A stretch of 64,000 nt of DNA, taken from contig CAVVII010000028.1 in the NCBI GenBank assembly GCA_963748055.1, positions 18,990 through 82,989 of the forward strand, given 5' to 3'. The notes under the pieces were generated by a model, which was given only the letters and a program-made list of their open reading frames with translations, did no database searches and was not told the DNA's origin. The stretch's first letter is position 1, and each line of letters opens with the position of its first letter. Positions 62,258 through 64,000 of the stretch are shown here, in pieces. Source of the DNA: an uncultured Verrucomicrobiae bacterium (GTDB lineage Bacteria > Verrucomicrobiota > Verrucomicrobiia > Chthoniobacterales > JAFAMB01). A program made the position numbers and the translations under genes.

Positions 62258-63553
62258 TCAATTCCGATTTAGCCAGAGCGCGCCGCCTTGCCCGCCTCCG
62301 ACGCATAGCGAGACCAGCGCCCGACCGGCATTTCGTCGCTGGAGTTCTTTGAGCGCGGTTAATACCAAACGGGCTCCGGTCGCTCCAACCGGGTGTCCGA
62401 GCGCTATTGCGCCTCCGTTGACATTCAGGATTTCATCCGGAATTTCACCGAGCGCCGTTTCGCGTTGCAGATGCACCCGTGAATAGTCTTCCAATTTAGC
62501 CGCCTTCTGACAGGCAATCACCTGGGCAGCAAAGGCCTCATTGATTTCGATGATTTCCGCATCTTTGAGGCTAAGGCCGGTCTTCTGTTCCGCGCGATGA
62601 ATTGCGTAGACCGGGCCGAGCCCCATGCGTGACGGGTCCAGTCCGGCATAGGCGTAACCCTCCAACCGACCGAGAGGTGTTAGTCCGAATTCCTGGAGTG
62701 CACGTTCCGTCATTAAGAGCAAAGCCGCGGCACCATCCGTGACCTGGGAGGAATTACCAGCTGTTACCGTTCCGGTATTTGGTTCAAAGTACGGTTTCAG
62801 TTTAGCCAAAGCCTCCATGGTCTGGTTTTCGCGTGGACCATTGTCCTGTTCCATGAACGTCCGGTCATTTTTCGCTTTCGGCAAATAGACGGGCGTAATC
62901 TCCTCTTTCAGCTTTTCCCGGGCTGCGACCGCCTTGTGATGGGACTTCATTGCGAAAGCGTCCTGCTCTTCCCGCGATATGCTAAAGTCTCGGCTAAGAT
63001 TTTCCGCTGTTTGACCCATATTGCACCCGCAAACCGGGTCGGAGAGTCCAAGCTGAAGACCAATCCGCGGTTGGAAATCAGTCGGGCGAAAACTGCTCAG
63101 AACGCTTAGCTTCTGGGAAAGGTTCTTGGCTCGTGCGAACGCCCCGAACTTCTTGGCGGCTTCGTAGGAATAGAACAAGGGAATCTGGGACATGCTCTCG
63201 ACCCCGCCGGCGACAAAAATGTCGCCGCGTCCTACGAGCATCTTTTCCGCGGCTTGAGTAATCGCTTCGAAGCCAGATGCGCAATTGCGATGGACAGTAA
63301 TAGCCGGGACAGACTCCGGCATACCGGCTCGAAGCGCGATCACTCGACTGATGTTTGCCGCGTCGGCCGGCTGGCCCACACATCCAAATATGACCTCTTC
63401 AATTCTTGACGGATCGATCCCGCTGCGGGCTACCAGGAGCCTGACCGCAGTCTTACCCAGCTCCACCGCCTCGGTATCCGCCAAAATGGTACCTGCTTTG
63501 GCGAACGGGGTTCGGACACCATCAACGATGTAAATCGGTTCTTTCATAAACAC
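62258..63553 (-). CDS. Acetyl-CoA C-acyltransferase (thiolase), FadA-like
   Basis: 431 aa with VHRNCASGFEAI (active Cys), NVNGGAIALGHPVGATG and CVGGGQG. The alternative start is at 63547. Confidence 0.9.
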   Translation of the reverse strand: MFMKEPIYIVDGVRTPFAKAGTILADTEAVELGKTAVRLLVARSGIDPSRIEEVIFGCVGQPADAANISRVIALRAGMPESVPAITVHRNCASGFEAITQAAEKMLVGRGDIFVAGGVESMSQIPLFYSYEAAKKFGAFARAKNLSQKLSVLSSFRPTDFQPRIGLQLGLSDPVCGCNMGQTAENLSRDFSISREEQDAFAMKSHHKAVAAREKLKEEITPVYLPKAKNDRTFMEQDNGPRENQTMEALAKLKPYFEPNTGTVTAGNSSQVTDGAAALLLMTERALQEFGLTPLGRLEGYAYAGLDPSRMGLGPVYAIHRAEQKTGLSLKDAEIIEINEAFAAQVIACQKAAKLEDYSRVHLQRETALGEIPDEILNVNGGAIALGHPVGATGARLVLTALKELQRRNAGRALVSLCVGGGQGGALWLNRN

Positions 63554-63728
63554 CCGCTCAAAATAAATATCGCTTCATTCGCTGCGCGAATCCGAGCAGG
63601 AGAAAAGTTGACGATACCATTCGTGTGCCGAACCATGGAGTCTTTTCGGTTCTGATTCAAATGACGTCGCGCGTCGCACTGGTGCGAAGAAAACCGCGCC
63701 CTGAACGATATTGGGATTCCTGTGCTTA

Positions 63729-64000
63729 TCAGTCGGGTTGCAGCCTTTTTGCGCCGCTGGCGTTCTCAATCTGTGCCTCTCCGCTGTAGAGGGATTCAAT
63801 TTCTCTGGCATACTTTTCAAGCAGTTGTCTTCGCTTCAGCTTGAGAGTTGGTGTCAGCTCGCCACCGGCGATAGACCATTCTTCCGGGAGAAGGGCGAAT
63901 TTCTTGATCTGCGAAAATCGGCCAAAATTTTGATTCAACCGCTGGATATCGGTTTCGATCAGGGCGTTCACTTCGAGGGTGAGAAACGACCTCGCTATTC
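63729..64000 (-). CDS. Long-chain-fatty-acid--CoA ligase, 3' end only (5' part off the window)
   Basis: The C-terminal AMP-binding motif is ...FALLPEEWSIAGGELTPTLKLKRRQLLEKY. The frame stays open to the window edge. Confidence 0.75.
   Translation of the reverse strand, partial: IARSFLTLEVNALIETDIQRLNQNFGRFSQIKKFALLPEEWSIAGGELTPTLKLKRRQLLEKYAREIESLYSGEAQIENASGAKRLQPD

Overview
This is a 64-kb bacterial chromosomal window of roughly 55% GC (spot counts only). The taxon cannot be determined from here; gene content suggests a soil heterotroph. All protein calls come from motif recognition by eye, with no searches run.

Layout:
- (a) 1-5.2 kb: partial moeA, a GH3 beta-glucosidase with a PA14 insert, and a DUF4038/GH140-like hydrolase.
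- (b) 5.9-19.7 kb: a minus-strand galactoside utilisation locus. It holds GH36 alpha-galactosidase, galE-galT-galK, a LacI-family regulator, a CUT1-type sugar ABC transporter, and a GH2 lacZ that is split by a frameshift.
- (c) 19.8-27.6 kb: aldo/keto reductase, a lipoprotein, a 1.2-kb non-coding stretch with a composite repeat, a HAD hydrolase, msrPQ and a GH13 enzyme.
- (d) 27.6-43.6 kb: a heavily decayed accessory island. It contains a STAND NTPase-TPR-PP2C gene broken by at least 5 frameshifts, a receiver domain, SDR/PAS/ArsR remnants, a frameshifted SRPBCC gene, and an IS5-family element with perfect inverted repeats but a broken transposase. It also contains cytochrome c, an NMT1-type ABC operon with a shattered binding protein and ATPase, serine- and tyrosine-recombinase stubs, and a low-GC lipoprotein block.
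- (e) 44.0-47.3 kb: a markedly GC-richer sugar ABC cassette without an ATPase, followed by a second aldo/keto reductase.
- (f) 48.4-52.4 kb: an inverted near-identical copy of region (a).
- (g) 52.7-64 kb: housekeeping genes (nadA, an HI0933-like flavoprotein, bcp, a DUF697 protein, an rsmA-Nudix fusion) and a beta-oxidation operon (acyl-CoA oxidase/dehydrogenase, fadB-like, thiolase, fadD 3' end).

The most striking structure is an inverted repeat of at least 4.0 kb and about 99.5% identity (1-3995 vs 48449-52444) that brackets 44.4 kb. I saw no tRNA, rRNA, CRISPR array or recognisable defence system. About 20 frame disruptions occur, most of them inside the island. A few lie in housekeeping genes, so assembly indel error has to be excluded before calling these pseudogenes.
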